Assembly (NCBI GenBank): GCA_030054835.1
Contig: JASGVS010000010.1
Span: 10,276 to 74,275 of the forward strand
Length of the DNA: 64,000 nt
Direction: 5' to 3'
Origin: Bacillota bacterium
GTDB lineage: Bacteria; Bacillota; Limnochordia; Darwinibacteriales; Darwinibacteriaceae
Below, piece after piece: positions 18,732 to 28,771 of the stretch (the first letter of the stretch is position 1; each line of letters opens with the position of its first letter). The translations under genes and the position numbers were made by a program. A model generated the notes under the pieces. It was given only the letters and a program-made list of their open reading frames with translations, did no database searches and was not told the origin of the DNA.

Positions 18732-20403
18732 CCCTTATCCTCCGTACTCCCGGCCGCAGCTGGGTGCGGATCATATGGATCCTCCCTACAGTGCGAAAAC
18801 CCCTAACCAGGGGGAAACTTTCCTCTTCCACTATGTAAACTTCCTGCTCGGAGGAATAACCTGCCTGGACTGCGAGTTCTCTCAGTTTTTCCTCAGCCAT
18901 TTGTCTTGCCTGATGGAGATCAAACGATATGGGACTTGCGAGTTTCTCCCTGACACCCAGCTCCGGAATTGTGACAATGCCCAGTTCGGTGTCGGCGTGG
19001 AGGGTCAAGCTAAGGGTTGTCCGAGCAGCGGCTGCACCTACCGCATTGGCACCTGCCGCGAAGGGCACAATCTCCCACTCCAATCCAAGTATCCCTCCCA
19101 ACCTCGGAATGAACACTTCGGCAGGCGCACCAAGGCCCACCACCGCTTCCGGCCGTACCTTAGGCGGCATTAAGATCTCTGACACAGTGTACAGCGGCAC
19201 GTTCTCCAGCCCTGAATAGAGATCTTCAATCGCTTCAGCAAGCTGGGCTGTAAAAGCGTCTATCACCTTTTGGGCAAGTTCCTGCCAGGTGAGGCCCAGC
19301 CCCTCTGCCCAGATGTGCCAGGCGTTTACCGCCCGCTCCTTCTCCCCGATTTCCGCCATACCTAGAGCCACTGCCGCATCGGTTGGCGTCAGCTTTTCAC
19401 CGCCCAAGCACACGGGGGTACCAGCTCGCTGCGGGCCAATGTGGAACGTTCCCCTTTCCCGATCGTAGTTGAGTTCGCTGTCACCGCCCAGACCCACTGA
19501 GCGGGTGAGTAGGGCGGGCACTAATGTTTTGTTACCGGCGATGGTTGCCCCATCCCTGGCAAAGAGCACTTTCCCCTCCACAACGGCAGCCAAGTCCGTT
19601 GTGGTGCCGCCGATATCAACAATAACGTAATTGGGTTTGGCGCAGCTGGTTAAGGCCTGTACACCCATAATGCTGGCAGCGGGCCCCGAGAGTATGGTTT
19701 CAACGGGCCGCTCCTCTGAGTCGGCCAAAGTCATGGTGCCCCCATCCGCCTTGAGAATCACAATCTCCTCCAGCGGCACAGGCAGCTGCTCCCGCAGCCT
19801 CCGCCACATGACAGTAAATTCCAGCTGCTGTTTGGCCACGCTGGAATTTAAGTAGGCGGTTACGATACGTCTAGGGAAATTGGCCCGGCCTGCCAAACGG
19901 TGGCCACAGCTGATAACACCCGAAAACCACTGGGACAGTGCTGTTGCAACCTGCTGCTCGTGGCTGGGGTTGCGGTGAGAAAATTTGCCTACCACGGCGA
20001 GAGCTCTACAGTCTTTGGGAATTCTCGCCTTGAGTTCCTCAATCTCGCCGGCATCCAGCGGGCTTACCTCCCGCCCCCGGTGATCGATGTAACCGTCCAG
20101 CTCAATGAGGGGAAAGGGAAACTGGTAACTGGCCAAATTAACCCCGGGTCCGGGAATGGCCACCACCACGGTGGGTACGCCCTTCCCCTCCACAATCAAG
20201 TTGGTGGAAAGGGTGGTGGATAAATGGAGCCGGAGCGGCTCTTGACCTTGGCAGTGCCTTAGCACCTCCTCCAAGGCGGTACTGGTGCTGGCAAAGAGGT
20301 CAGCGTGCCTAGTTGGCGTTTTGGCCATAGCCACAACCTCATCGCCTTTGATTAAGGCCGCATCCGTATTGGTTCCCCCCACATCGATGCCGATGATGTA
20401 CAA
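18715..20403 (-). CDS. hydantoinase/oxoprolinase-N-terminal-like ASKHA-fold protein
   Basis: N-terminal IIGIDVGGTNTDAAL and a second DIGGTTTD phosphate-binding motif, typical of hydantoinase A-like ATPases; 562 aa. Confidence 0.55.
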   Translation of the reverse strand: MYIIGIDVGGTNTDAALIKGDEVVAMAKTPTRHADLFASTSTALEEVLRHCQGQEPLRLHLSTTLSTNLIVEGKGVPTVVVAIPGPGVNLASYQFPFPLIELDGYIDHRGREVSPLDAGEIEELKARIPKDCRALAVVGKFSHRNPSHEQQVATALSQWFSGVISCGHRLAGRANFPRRIVTAYLNSSVAKQQLEFTVMWRRLREQLPVPLEEIVILKADGGTMTLADSEERPVETILSGPAASIMGVQALTSCAKPNYVIVDIGGTTTDLAAVVEGKVLFARDGATIAGNKTLVPALLTRSVGLGGDSELNYDRERGTFHIGPQRAGTPVCLGGEKLTPTDAAVALGMAEIGEKERAVNAWHIWAEGLGLTWQELAQKVIDAFTAQLAEAIEDLYSGLENVPLYTVSEILMPPKVRPEAVVGLGAPAEVFIPRLGGILGLEWEIVPFAAGANAVGAAAARTTLSLTLHADTELGIVTIPELGVREKLASPISFDLHQARQMAEEKLRELAVQAGYSSEQEVYIVEEESFPLVRGFRTVGRIHMIRTQLRPGVRRIRGGGNG

Positions 20404-20406
20404 AGC

Positions 20407-21141
20407 CTATCTCCTCTCATACACGTTGGATGTTACACCCTCTAGTTGCGAAACAACAGAGTAGGTGTCTCCCTCCGCAGTAAACAGGGTTTCCCGTTTG
20501 ATCAGGCCCATGTTTTGGGCGTAGTATTCGTACGTAACGGACTCTTCCCCCGGGACAGGTTCAGCTAAGGGAGTGCTCTTTACCACAACAACCCCATGGA
20601 AAGTGCCCATGGGCACCGTCAGAACTTCATCCACCCCAGCGATTTCCCGTCTGTACAGGGCGTCTTCCCAGCTGTTCCCAATCTCAAGCGGTGTCTGCAG
20701 GAGGATCAGATTCTCCAGCCGACCCGGTCCCGCCTCCTGCTGGGGAAAGTCGTCCAGCAAGCTGTCACGGCTGTAAAACTCCTCCCTGGACCAGAGCACT
20801 TTAAGCTGGGAATCGCTCACCTCATACACCCTGGCCAGGTTAGTGCCGCTCAGGTCCTCCACCTGAAGCAGACCACCGCTGGCATAGGTGATGCGGCGGG
20901 TGAAGGCGGCAAACTCCATCCCTTCCCCAGCGTAATGATAGGTTAAGCCCAAAAATGCGGGAAAATAGGAGCTCACATCCTTTACCATCACTTCTACCTG
21001 CTGTTCAGGGGCACCGGAGACGTCCACCGGTTCCCTCACCCTATCCGGCCCTGAGCGCGTCAGAATCCGTACCGCGCCTAAGGCTAGCAGAACAATCAGG
21101 AGGACCAACAGAGGAGTCTTCCACCGCCCGTTACTATTCAT
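20407..21141 (-). CDS. hypothetical signal-anchored extracytoplasmic protein
   Basis: 244 aa, N-terminal transmembrane anchor LLVLLIVLLALGAV, no recognisable catalytic motifs; 4-nt gap to the downstream gene. Confidence 0.45.
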   Translation of the reverse strand: MNSNGRWKTPLLVLLIVLLALGAVRILTRSGPDRVREPVDVSGAPEQQVEVMVKDVSSYFPAFLGLTYHYAGEGMEFAAFTRRITYASGGLLQVEDLSGTNLARVYEVSDSQLKVLWSREEFYSRDSLLDDFPQQEAGPGRLENLILLQTPLEIGNSWEDALYRREIAGVDEVLTVPMGTFHGVVVVKSTPLAEPVPGEESVTYEYYAQNMGLIKRETLFTAEGDTYSVVSQLEGVTSNVYERR

Positions 21142-21151
21142 ACCTAATCCC

Positions 21152-22630
21152 TCACTTTATTCTCCTTTTCTTCCACTGTCCGGAGTTGTACCGCAGCAGG
21201 ACCAAGAGGGAGCGGAGCAGCTGGTCAGCGGAAATGGCCAACCAAGCACCGTCCAGACCCAAATTGAAGAAGTTGATAGCCGCATAGGCAAAGCCGGGCC
21301 GCACAAGAAGCACGGTGAGGAAGATGATTACTGCTGTTGCCCTCGTATCTCCAGCACCCCGCAGGGCACCGGTTAGGATAAACTGGGACGACTGGAAGGG
21401 TACAATAAACGCGATCAGCCTCAAGATGCGGGCACCCTGGTCAATGATGTGGGGATCGTCTGTGTACAAGCCCACAATCTGCCTGCCCAAGAAGAAGAAC
21501 GTTACAGATAACACAATAGATGTGAGCATCCCCAAGCGCCGGGTATGGTTGGCGTAGCTCTCCGCCATATCCCCCCTGCGCTTACCCAAACTTTGGCCCA
21601 CCAGCGAAGTGGCCGAAACGGCAAAGGCCTGTCCTGTCATGAAAGTCATGGCCTGGATGTTCATGGCCACCTGATGGGTAGCGTAGGCCAGCGTGCCGAG
21701 GCTGGCCACCGTTTTCACGAAGATAATATTCCCGGTCCGCATAATCAACTGCTCGAACATGGCGGGAATACCGATGTCTAAAATGTTGCGCAGGTGATTC
21801 TTTTTCGGTTTGAATCCCTTGCGCGGCTGCAGGTGGAGATAGTGATTGCCCCGCAGCACAACGATGAGAGCTATCGCAAACGCCACAAACTGTCCGATGA
21901 TGGTAGCCAGCGATGCACCGGCAACCTCCATGCGGGGAAAGCCAAAGTGGCCGTGAATGAGTACGTAGTTCATCACAACGTTTACAAAGTTGGCGATTAA
22001 GTTATAAATCATTGCGATCCTGGTGTGGCCCACACCCCGCAGCGTAGCGGTGAGGGTGGACGTTAGGGCCATGGGTACAAAGCCTAGGAACTGGATCTTA
22101 AGATACGTCGTTCCCCCTATTAACGTCTGTTCCTCGGCGGCTCCCATAAACCGCACCAAATCTTCCGAGAAGATGTAGCCTACAACCGAAGCAATAGAAG
22201 ATAAAATGAAAGATAATAGCAACGCCTGCCGCAGAATCTCATTCGCTTTCTCCGGTTCACCTGCACCCCTATAGCGGGCCACCAAGGCGGTAGCACCTAC
22301 GTTCATGGCAATAAACATGGTCATTAACAAAAATTTGGGCTGGGTGGTCAGGCCAACGGAAGCAATTGCCCAAGGCCCAAGGCCGCCCACCATCATCAGG
22401 TCCACCATGGACGTGAGCTGTGTAAGTGTCAGCTCCACTAGGGAGGGCCAGGCAATGCGCACCACGTCGGAATAGAGCATGCGGGAGGTAATGCCCTTGG
22501 GTAGCCGCTTGCTCACCCGTTCAACGGTGGTACTCTCATCACCGAACTCCACAGAATCGAGGGCAATCCGATTTACCCCGCGAACCTGTTCCTCCTCCTG
22601 AAGCTGTTTGTCAAGGTTTTCTGCTGTCAA
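21152..22630 (-). CDS. MATE family efflux transporter
   Basis: 492 aa, 12 predicted transmembrane segments, a duplicated 6-TM pattern typical of NorM/MATE. Confidence 0.8.
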   Translation of the reverse strand: MTAENLDKQLQEEEQVRGVNRIALDSVEFGDESTTVERVSKRLPKGITSRMLYSDVVRIAWPSLVELTLTQLTSMVDLMMVGGLGPWAIASVGLTTQPKFLLMTMFIAMNVGATALVARYRGAGEPEKANEILRQALLLSFILSSIASVVGYIFSEDLVRFMGAAEEQTLIGGTTYLKIQFLGFVPMALTSTLTATLRGVGHTRIAMIYNLIANFVNVVMNYVLIHGHFGFPRMEVAGASLATIIGQFVAFAIALIVVLRGNHYLHLQPRKGFKPKKNHLRNILDIGIPAMFEQLIMRTGNIIFVKTVASLGTLAYATHQVAMNIQAMTFMTGQAFAVSATSLVGQSLGKRRGDMAESYANHTRRLGMLTSIVLSVTFFFLGRQIVGLYTDDPHIIDQGARILRLIAFIVPFQSSQFILTGALRGAGDTRATAVIIFLTVLLVRPGFAYAAINFFNLGLDGAWLAISADQLLRSLLVLLRYNSGQWKKRRIK

Positions 22631-22758
22631 TTAAATCCTATCCTTTACTCCTGAAATCTTTACTACCCTACTTACTTCCCCATTGCTCCGCCAGTTCCTT
22701 CCCCGCAGGCGAATAGGAGTTCGCCCCGGGGGCATTCTAACAGGGGAGTGATGACCAC

Positions 22759-22941
22759 ATGCCACGTCGTCGAGGAGTAATGTCAGAACGTCTGAAGTAC
22801 GAACTCGCCGATGAACTCGGCTTTCTCCACAAGGTGAAAGACGGGGACTGGGGTAATATCACCACCCGGGAAGCCGGGTCCATGGTACGGGCCGCCATTA
22901 AGCGGGCCGAAGAGGCAATGGCTAAACAGGGACCCGGTTAA
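22759..22941 (+). CDS. alpha/beta-type small acid-soluble spore protein
   Basis: 60 aa; SERLKYELADELGF...GNITTREAGSMVRAAIKRAEE matches the two conserved SASP alpha/beta helices. Confidence 0.8.
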   Translation: MPRRRGVMSERLKYELADELGFLHKVKDGDWGNITTREAGSMVRAAIKRAEEAMAKQGPG

Positions 22942-22970
22942 GAAAAGAGGGGGTTTTACCCCCTCTATCC

Positions 22971-23354
22971 CTATTTAGATGTGTAACGGAAATAAACGCC
23001 GGTCCGCGGGCCTATCCAGTTATGGGTCACTTTCAAGTTTACCGTACCCCGGGGCACGCCGCTGATGTAGAAGTAACCTTGATGATCGGTGACGATCCTC
23101 TTGCCCGTTTCTAACACCATAACCTGAGCCTCCTTCAAGGGCAGGTAATACTTATCCCTATTAGGACGTCTGGTAATTGTGATGTGGTTGGTACGGTAGT
23201 CATAGGAAACATAGCCTTCCACATAATGGCGGTACTGGGGCGATGGCTGAGGTTCAATCACAACCGGCATATCAAGCCGGAGAAATACATACCCATCGCA
23301 GCCTGTTAGAACTAAGGCCATAAGAAGTAACGGCACAACCAAAAGCTTTCGCAT
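22971..23354 (-). CDS. hypothetical lipoprotein
   Basis: MRKLLVVPLLLMALVLTGC lipobox; beta-rich; start moved to the internal Met before the signal peptide. Confidence 0.5.
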   Translation of the reverse strand: MRKLLVVPLLLMALVLTGCDGYVFLRLDMPVVIEPQPSPQYRHYVEGYVSYDYRTNHITITRRPNRDKYYLPLKEAQVMVLETGKRIVTDHQGYFYISGVPRGTVNLKVTHNWIGPRTGVYFRYTSK

Positions 23355-23474
23355 GCTCTCTTCCCCCTCTCGTAATAAACTTCGTTTCTCTCCGCTCAAT
23401 TTTTGCCGCTCCCTTGGCAGGAAAAACCTTTTTTGGTATGTTTAGGGCAGAAAAGAAAAGAAAGGGTGCCATGG

Positions 23475-23921
23475 ATGAAATACAGGAAACCACCCCGGGA
23501 AGAACTGCGCAAAAAACTTACCCCAGAGCAGTTCTACATTACCCAGGAAAACGGCACAGAGCGCCCATTTCAAAACGAGTATTGGGACAACACCAAAGAG
23601 GGTATCTACGTTGATATCGTCTCGGGCGAACCCCTGTTTTCCAGCTTGGATCAATATGATGCGGGTTGCGGCTGGCCCAGCTTCACCAAACCCATCGATA
23701 AAGAGTATGTCCAATTCCGCAAAGACACTTCCCATGGGATAATTCGCACCGAGGTCCGTAGTACTTCCGCCGACTCCCATTTAGGCCACGTCTTTTCAGA
23801 TGGTCCGCAGGATAGGGGCGGTCTCCGCTATTGTATTAACAGCGCAGCTCTGAGGTTCATCCCCCGGGCCGACTTGGAAAAGGAAGGCTACGGCCACTAC
23901 GCAAAGTTATTCGAAAAATAG
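23475..23921 (+). CDS. msrB: peptide-methionine (R)-S-oxide reductase
   Basis: [47 protein letters not shown]: canonical MsrB; start at MKYRK. Confidence 0.9.
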   Translation: MKYRKPPREELRKKLTPEQFYITQENGTERPFQNEYWDNTKEGIYVDIVSGEPLFSSLDQYDAGCGWPSFTKPIDKEYVQFRKDTSHGIIRTEVRSTSADSHLGHVFSDGPQDRGGLRYCINSAALRFIPRADLEKEGYGHYAKLFEK

Positions 23922-24021
23922 GCAGAATCCTGCCTAAAATCATTAGATCCCCTTCTGCCTTTCCCGCGGCAGGACTTCGTCGCGGCATGTAGAACCGAAA
24001 GGACAAAGGAGGTTAGATAAT

Positions 24022-24603
24022 ATGTCATTTACTTTACAACTAGGCAGTAAAGCAATTGATTTCAATCTTCCGGCCACGGATGGCAAAACCTACAGTCTGA
24101 AGGACTTCGCCGAATATCCGTATCTGGTAGTGTTCTTTACCTGCAACCATTGTCCGTATGTAGTGAACTCGGACGAGATCACCCGGGCAACGGCAGAGAA
24201 GTTTGCAGACAAGGGCGTCCGCTTTGTGGCCATTAACTCCAACAGCGCTAACACCTATGCAGAAGACTCCTTCGAAAACATGGTCAAGCGCATGGATGAG
24301 CAGAAGTTCCCCTGGGTCTATCTCCACGATGAGAGCCAGGATGTGGCCCGGGCCTACGGCGCTCTGCGCACACCCCACTTCTTCGTATTCAACCAGGAGC
24401 GCAAGCTCGTTTACACCGGTCGCGGCGTTGACAGCCCCCGCCAGCCGGAAAACATCACTGTGAACGATCTGGAAAACGCCCTGACCGAACTGACCGAGGG
24501 CAAGGAGATCACCACACCGCTCACCAACCCTGTCGGCTGCAACGTCAAATGGGACGGCAAACCGCCCCACTGGATGCCGGCGGAGGCCTGCGATCTGGTT
24601 TAG
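24022..24603 (+). CDS. thioredoxin-fold redoxin (AhpC/TSA / thiol-disulfide oxidoreductase family)
   Basis: FTCNHCPY CxxC active site in a redoxin context, 193 aa. Confidence 0.7.
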   Translation: MSFTLQLGSKAIDFNLPATDGKTYSLKDFAEYPYLVVFFTCNHCPYVVNSDEITRATAEKFADKGVRFVAINSNSANTYAEDSFENMVKRMDEQKFPWVYLHDESQDVARAYGALRTPHFFVFNQERKLVYTGRGVDSPRQPENITVNDLENALTELTEGKEITTPLTNPVGCNVKWDGKPPHWMPAEACDLV

Positions 24604-25691
24604 CCCAGATTGTCATAGAGAAAATCCAGCACATCTTTGGCCGTGGGAGGACAACCGGGTACATGCCGGGAAAAGCCCCTGGTGCAGCTGCCTGCACCAA
24701 GCCCATCCTGCTTAACACCCTTAAACCCTTGGCCAATGGCAACTTTTTGGGTCAGCTGTTGCAGCTGGCCCTTTTCATTTAGCCGGGCCAAGGCGTGGAT
24801 CAGACTGCCGAAACAAGCAGAGCAGGCATCCCGCTCGTCAATGTGTTTGGCTAAGTGTTCCACCGAACGGCTAGGCTCAATGCGTTTGGTAGTATGGCTG
24901 TCGTTAATTACCCTCACCGTTGTCTTTTCACTGTACAGCTCCCCTACTCCAAGCTCAGCGGCGAGGGTTATGTACGGGACATCTTCCACCCCATAGCCCA
25001 GCAGGGCTGCCACATAAGAATCCACCAGAACCGGGTCGGTACCCACTATCACCCGATCCATCTGCACTGGGTTACCCCCCTCCTCAAAGTCCAAATCGCC
25101 AATAAAACCGTCCACAACCACTAAGTTGGTGTGTATCGCTTTATTCAGGGCCGCTATGGGCGTATGGAGCCCCAAAGTATGAAAACGGCGTTTTTCCCGA
25201 TCCGGGATGCACCCTTTCAGGTTCTTCAGGGCGCAGGTGATTCTGGTTTGACAGTGACCCTTTAAAACGGGCAGATTGATCAGGTAGTCAATCCTAGACA
25301 TTTCATCGCAGACCAGCAGTTCCAAATCCTCCACCCTGCGCGTGTGATAGCTATCCCGCTGCAGGTCCACCAACTCCACCCCGTAACGCTCCGCAAGATC
25401 AGTATAACCGCAGGCGCGAAAGGCTCGGGCTGTGCTGTCCCCGATCCAAGATCCCTCTGCTATTACCAGATCCCTAAACCCGTGATCTAACAGGTATTCT
25501 AAGACACCAGCCACCAAATCGGGTGAGGTGGTTGCCCCTTCCCAGGCAGGGCGGGCAACTACTAAGTTAGGCTTCAGACCAACGCGGGAGCCGGCGGGAA
25601 CTCCCTCCGCCAGTTTGATTGTATCCAGGATTTCCTTAACCATCTCCCGGGGCCTTTGGCCATAGCTGATTAGTAGTTCGTTTCTTAGCAT
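24600..25691 (-). CDS. DUF362-domain protein (putative Fe-S binding)
   Basis: N-terminal GLKPNLV motif of DUF362; C-terminal Cys clusters CSACFG...CTRGF...GCPP. Confidence 0.55.
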   Translation of the reverse strand: MLRNELLISYGQRPREMVKEILDTIKLAEGVPAGSRVGLKPNLVVARPAWEGATTSPDLVAGVLEYLLDHGFRDLVIAEGSWIGDSTARAFRACGYTDLAERYGVELVDLQRDSYHTRRVEDLELLVCDEMSRIDYLINLPVLKGHCQTRITCALKNLKGCIPDREKRRFHTLGLHTPIAALNKAIHTNLVVVDGFIGDLDFEEGGNPVQMDRVIVGTDPVLVDSYVAALLGYGVEDVPYITLAAELGVGELYSEKTTVRVINDSHTTKRIEPSRSVEHLAKHIDERDACSACFGSLIHALARLNEKGQLQQLTQKVAIGQGFKGVKQDGLGAGSCTRGFSRHVPGCPPTAKDVLDFLYDNLG

Positions 25692-25806
25692 TCCCTTCCC
25701 CTTTCCCAGTACCCAAAATTACCAAACTCTGCCAACCTGCGCCGATCTGAGCAGGAATTAGGCTCAAATGACTGAAATAATCAGTAAAAGCTAGGGGGCG
25801 AGGATA

Positions 25807-26730
25807 ATGACAGAGCGGACTTTTTTCTTTGAGGCCGATGATCAAGTTGAAATTTTCGTACGCCAATGGGCGAAGGTTGATAACCCCAGGGCGGTACTGC
25901 AGATCGCCCACGGTATGGCAGAGCATTCTGCCCGTTATGCCAGGTTTGCCCGGGCCTGCAACGAACAGGGTATCATAGTTGTTGCTAACGACCACAGGGG
26001 TCACGGTCATACCGGTGAAAGGGCCGGTGTATTGGGCTATTTCTCCCCAGACAACGGCTTTGACCGGGTGGTAGATGATCTCCACCTGCTCAACCAGTGG
26101 CTGGGGGCCCAGTATCCTGACCTGCCCATTTTCCTTCTGGGCCACAGTATGGGTTCTTTCCTAGCCCGGCGGTATATACAGAAATACGCTAGCACGATAA
26201 GGGGCGTAATCCTGATGGGTTCAGGGGGAGATCCCGGGTTTGCCGTAAAAATAGCCAAGTTCATTGCCCTTCAGCAGATGAAAAAGGATCCAACAAAACC
26301 GAGCCCACTCCTGCACAAACTCACCTTAGGCGGTTACAACCGCAGCGTGAAAAACCCCCGTACTGCCTTTGATTGGCTCACCCGGGATCACGCCGAAGTT
26401 GACAAGTACATTGCCGATCCCTTCTGCGGCTTTATGTGCAGTTCAGGCTTCTATTACGATCTGTTCACCGGTCTAGAGTTAATTCACGCTCCAGATGAAA
26501 TCAAAGCGGTTCCCCCTGACCTACCTATCTTAGTGGTAAGCGGAGAAGCGGATCCGGTTGGCGCGAACGGCAAAGGCATCAGGCAGTTTGTCAAGTTGTA
26601 TGAAGAGTGCGGGCTGAAGCGGATTAAGACTATCCTCTACCAAGAAGCCCGCCACGAGCTCTTGAACGAAACCAACCGGGAAGAAGCAATAAGGGACATC
26701 TTCGCCTGGCTAGAAGAGCAGCTGGCCTAA
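25807..26730 (+). CDS. alpha/beta hydrolase (lysophospholipase / monoacylglycerol lipase family)
   Basis: HGMAEHSARY, nucleophile elbow GHSMGS, 307 aa. Confidence 0.75.
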   Translation: MTERTFFFEADDQVEIFVRQWAKVDNPRAVLQIAHGMAEHSARYARFARACNEQGIIVVANDHRGHGHTGERAGVLGYFSPDNGFDRVVDDLHLLNQWLGAQYPDLPIFLLGHSMGSFLARRYIQKYASTIRGVILMGSGGDPGFAVKIAKFIALQQMKKDPTKPSPLLHKLTLGGYNRSVKNPRTAFDWLTRDHAEVDKYIADPFCGFMCSSGFYYDLFTGLELIHAPDEIKAVPPDLPILVVSGEADPVGANGKGIRQFVKLYEECGLKRIKTILYQEARHELLNETNREEAIRDIFAWLEEQLA

Positions 26731-26736
26731 GCTAGC

Positions 26737-26769
26737 AAAAACCCCGTTTGATTGGTCAAACGGGGTTTT
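26737..26769. terminator. bidirectional rho-independent terminator between convergent genes
   Basis: AAAACCCCGTTTGAttggTCAAACGGGGTTTT: 12-bp perfect stem flanked by an A-run and a T-run. Confidence 0.65.
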
Positions 26770-26776
26770 ATAGCAC

Positions 26777-27796
26777 TTAGAGAGCGAGCAGCTTGAGCTT
26801 TTCACTTAACACGTCGGCAGGGATAGTCTTCTTCACCCCGATCACATCGGCTAAAGGCTGAGACTTAATCTCTTTACCTGCTAAGCCAACCATTTCACCG
26901 GTTCTGCCCGCTAAGGCCAGGTCAACCGCCTTATTGGCAAAGCCGGCAGCCAGTTCCACGTCAGCCGGTACAGGGGTACCACCCCGCATTAAGTAACCTA
27001 ATACCTGAACCCGCGGCGAGCGGCCGGTGGCCTTCTTGTACTCGGCAGCCACACCGTGGCTGACACCTTCGTAGGCAATGTTGCCGAAGGCGTCCCGGGC
27101 AGCGGTGGAGCGGTCAAAGCTCTCCAGTTCAATACCTTCTGCCACAACCGCCAAGGCAGCTTTGCCCGTGCGGCGCTTGTAGTTCTGCATCGCTTCGATC
27201 ATTTCATCCAAATCCATCCGGCCTTCCGGCACCATGACGGCGCAGGCAGGTGTGTTGATGGCAATGGCCAAAGCGAGCCAACCCGCATCCCTACCCATTG
27301 CTTCCACAATCATATCCCGGTCATGGGCGATGTTGCTGTTCACAGTAGCGTTAACCGCATCGGCAGACATTTTCACAGCGGTGGCATAACCCAGACTGCG
27401 CTCAGTACCCCGCAGGTCATCGTCGATGGTTTGGGGAACGCCAATCACGGTTAGACCTTGCTTAGCCAACTCGTTAGCAACACCGAGGGTATCGTCGCCG
27501 CCCATGGCGATTAACACATCCACACCCCTGTCTTCCAGGGTAGCCAAAACGTCATTGGTTTTGCCTTCTTTAATTGGGTTGCGGCGGGCCGTACCCAAGA
27601 GAGTTCCCGGTGTGAAGCGCTGGGCTTCGAGCTGATTGTGATCGAGCTCCCGGGCCTTATTTAGTATTAAACCTTCCCAGCTGTTTTCAAAGCCGATAAG
27701 GTTGTGGCCTTCCCTATACAAGCGCTGAGCTAGAAAATAGAGAAAGTCGTTGATTCCTGCAGAGTCTCCTCCTCCAGTTAAAACTCCAAATCTCAC
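26777..27796 (-). CDS. pfkA: 6-phosphofructokinase (GTG start after the GGGAGGGG RBS)
   Basis: VRFGVLTGGGDSAGIN, MGGDDT, PQTIDDD; PFK family. The GGDDT aspartate hints at PPi-type specificity, but the second specificity position is Gln. Confidence 0.85.
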   Translation of the reverse strand: MRFGVLTGGGDSAGINDFLYFLAQRLYREGHNLIGFENSWEGLILNKARELDHNQLEAQRFTPGTLLGTARRNPIKEGKTNDVLATLEDRGVDVLIAMGGDDTLGVANELAKQGLTVIGVPQTIDDDLRGTERSLGYATAVKMSADAVNATVNSNIAHDRDMIVEAMGRDAGWLALAIAINTPACAVMVPEGRMDLDEMIEAMQNYKRRTGKAALAVVAEGIELESFDRSTAARDAFGNIAYEGVSHGVAAEYKKATGRSPRVQVLGYLMRGGTPVPADVELAAGFANKAVDLALAGRTGEMVGLAGKEIKSQPLADVIGVKKTIPADVLSEKLKLLAL

Positions 27797-27859
27797 ATGA
27801 ACCCCTCCCAACAAGTAATGTGATTATTTTCTGCAGAGGCTGGCAAAATCCTCTTGTTC

Positions 27860-28771
27860 TTAAGACTGAACGAGCCTTAAACCTAAAGAACTGGCAAACT
27901 CCAAGGCCTCGTTGTATTCATCCCTCGTCAACCTACGTCCCAATTCAGGAAACTGAAAGGCGCGGAAGTGGGGATAATACTGGTCCATCAGATTGACCAA
28001 GCAATCGGCAGAAAGATTGTCGTTGATAAATCGCAGCACCTTTTTTGTATCGGCCAATCCTCCGGGCAGCATCAGATGCCTGATCAGAAGGCCCCGCACT
28101 GCGATGCCCCGCCCATCAGTCTTAAGTCCCCCAACCTGCCGATCCATCTCAAGCAGTGCTTCCTTGGCCTTTTGGGGGTAATCCTCAGCCCCAGAGTATT
28201 TTTCCGCCCGCTCCGGTTCGGCGTATTTGAAATCGGGCATGTAGATGTCTATTATTCCATCTAAGAGTTCTAAGGTGGCTGGGTTTTCGTAGCCGCCGCA
28301 GTTGTATACCAGCGGCAGGCGAAAGCCCCGCTCCACCGCATAGAGCAGCCCCGCCAAAATGCTGGGTACAAAATGGGTGGGGCTGACCAAATTCACGTTT
28401 GGGCAGCCATGGCCCTTCTGCAGCTCCAGCATAATTTCCCCCAGCTCCGACCCACTTACCGCTCTACCCCTACCGCCCAAGCTGATCTCGCTGTTTTGGC
28501 AGTACACACAGGCTAAAGTGCAGTGGGCAAAGAAGATGGTGCCCGAGCCCCGGCTGCCCACTAACACCCTTTCTTCCCCGTAGTGGGGACCAAAGCTGGA
28601 CACAACCGCCTGCTCCGGTGCGCGGCAGACGCCCGCCTTTGTGCTGCGGTCAATACCGCAGCGGTGCGGGCATAAGCTGCACTCCTCGTATACTTCCAAC
28701 GCCCATTCTACCCTTGCCGCCAGTTCACCCCGGCGGTAGAGTTCAAGATAGGCCGGCAGCAAAACCCTCAC
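27860..28771 (-). CDS. radical SAM enzyme of the AmmeMemoRadiSam (AmrS-like) type
   Basis: CSLCPHRCGI...G.C N-terminal motif, CTLACVYCQNSEIS (CxxxCxxC followed by QN-EIS), about 300 aa. Confidence 0.6.
   Translation of the reverse strand: MRVLLPAYLELYRRGELAARVEWALEVYEECSLCPHRCGIDRSTKAGVCRAPEQAVVSSFGPHYGEERVLVGSRGSGTIFFAHCTLACVYCQNSEISLGGRGRAVSGSELGEIMLELQKGHGCPNVNLVSPTHFVPSILAGLLYAVERGFRLPLVYNCGGYENPATLELLDGIIDIYMPDFKYAEPERAEKYSGAEDYPQKAKEALLEMDRQVGGLKTDGRGIAVRGLLIRHLMLPGGLADTKKVLRFINDNLSADCLVNLMDQYYPHFRAFQFPELGRRLTRDEYNEALEFASSLGLRLVQS

Noticed and set aside
25636-26145. 169-aa minus-strand ORF spanning the DUF362/hydrolase intergenic region and the 5' end of the hydrolase gene
   Set aside because: It overlaps the start of a well-supported alpha/beta hydrolase on the opposite strand, has no RBS and no recognisable motifs.
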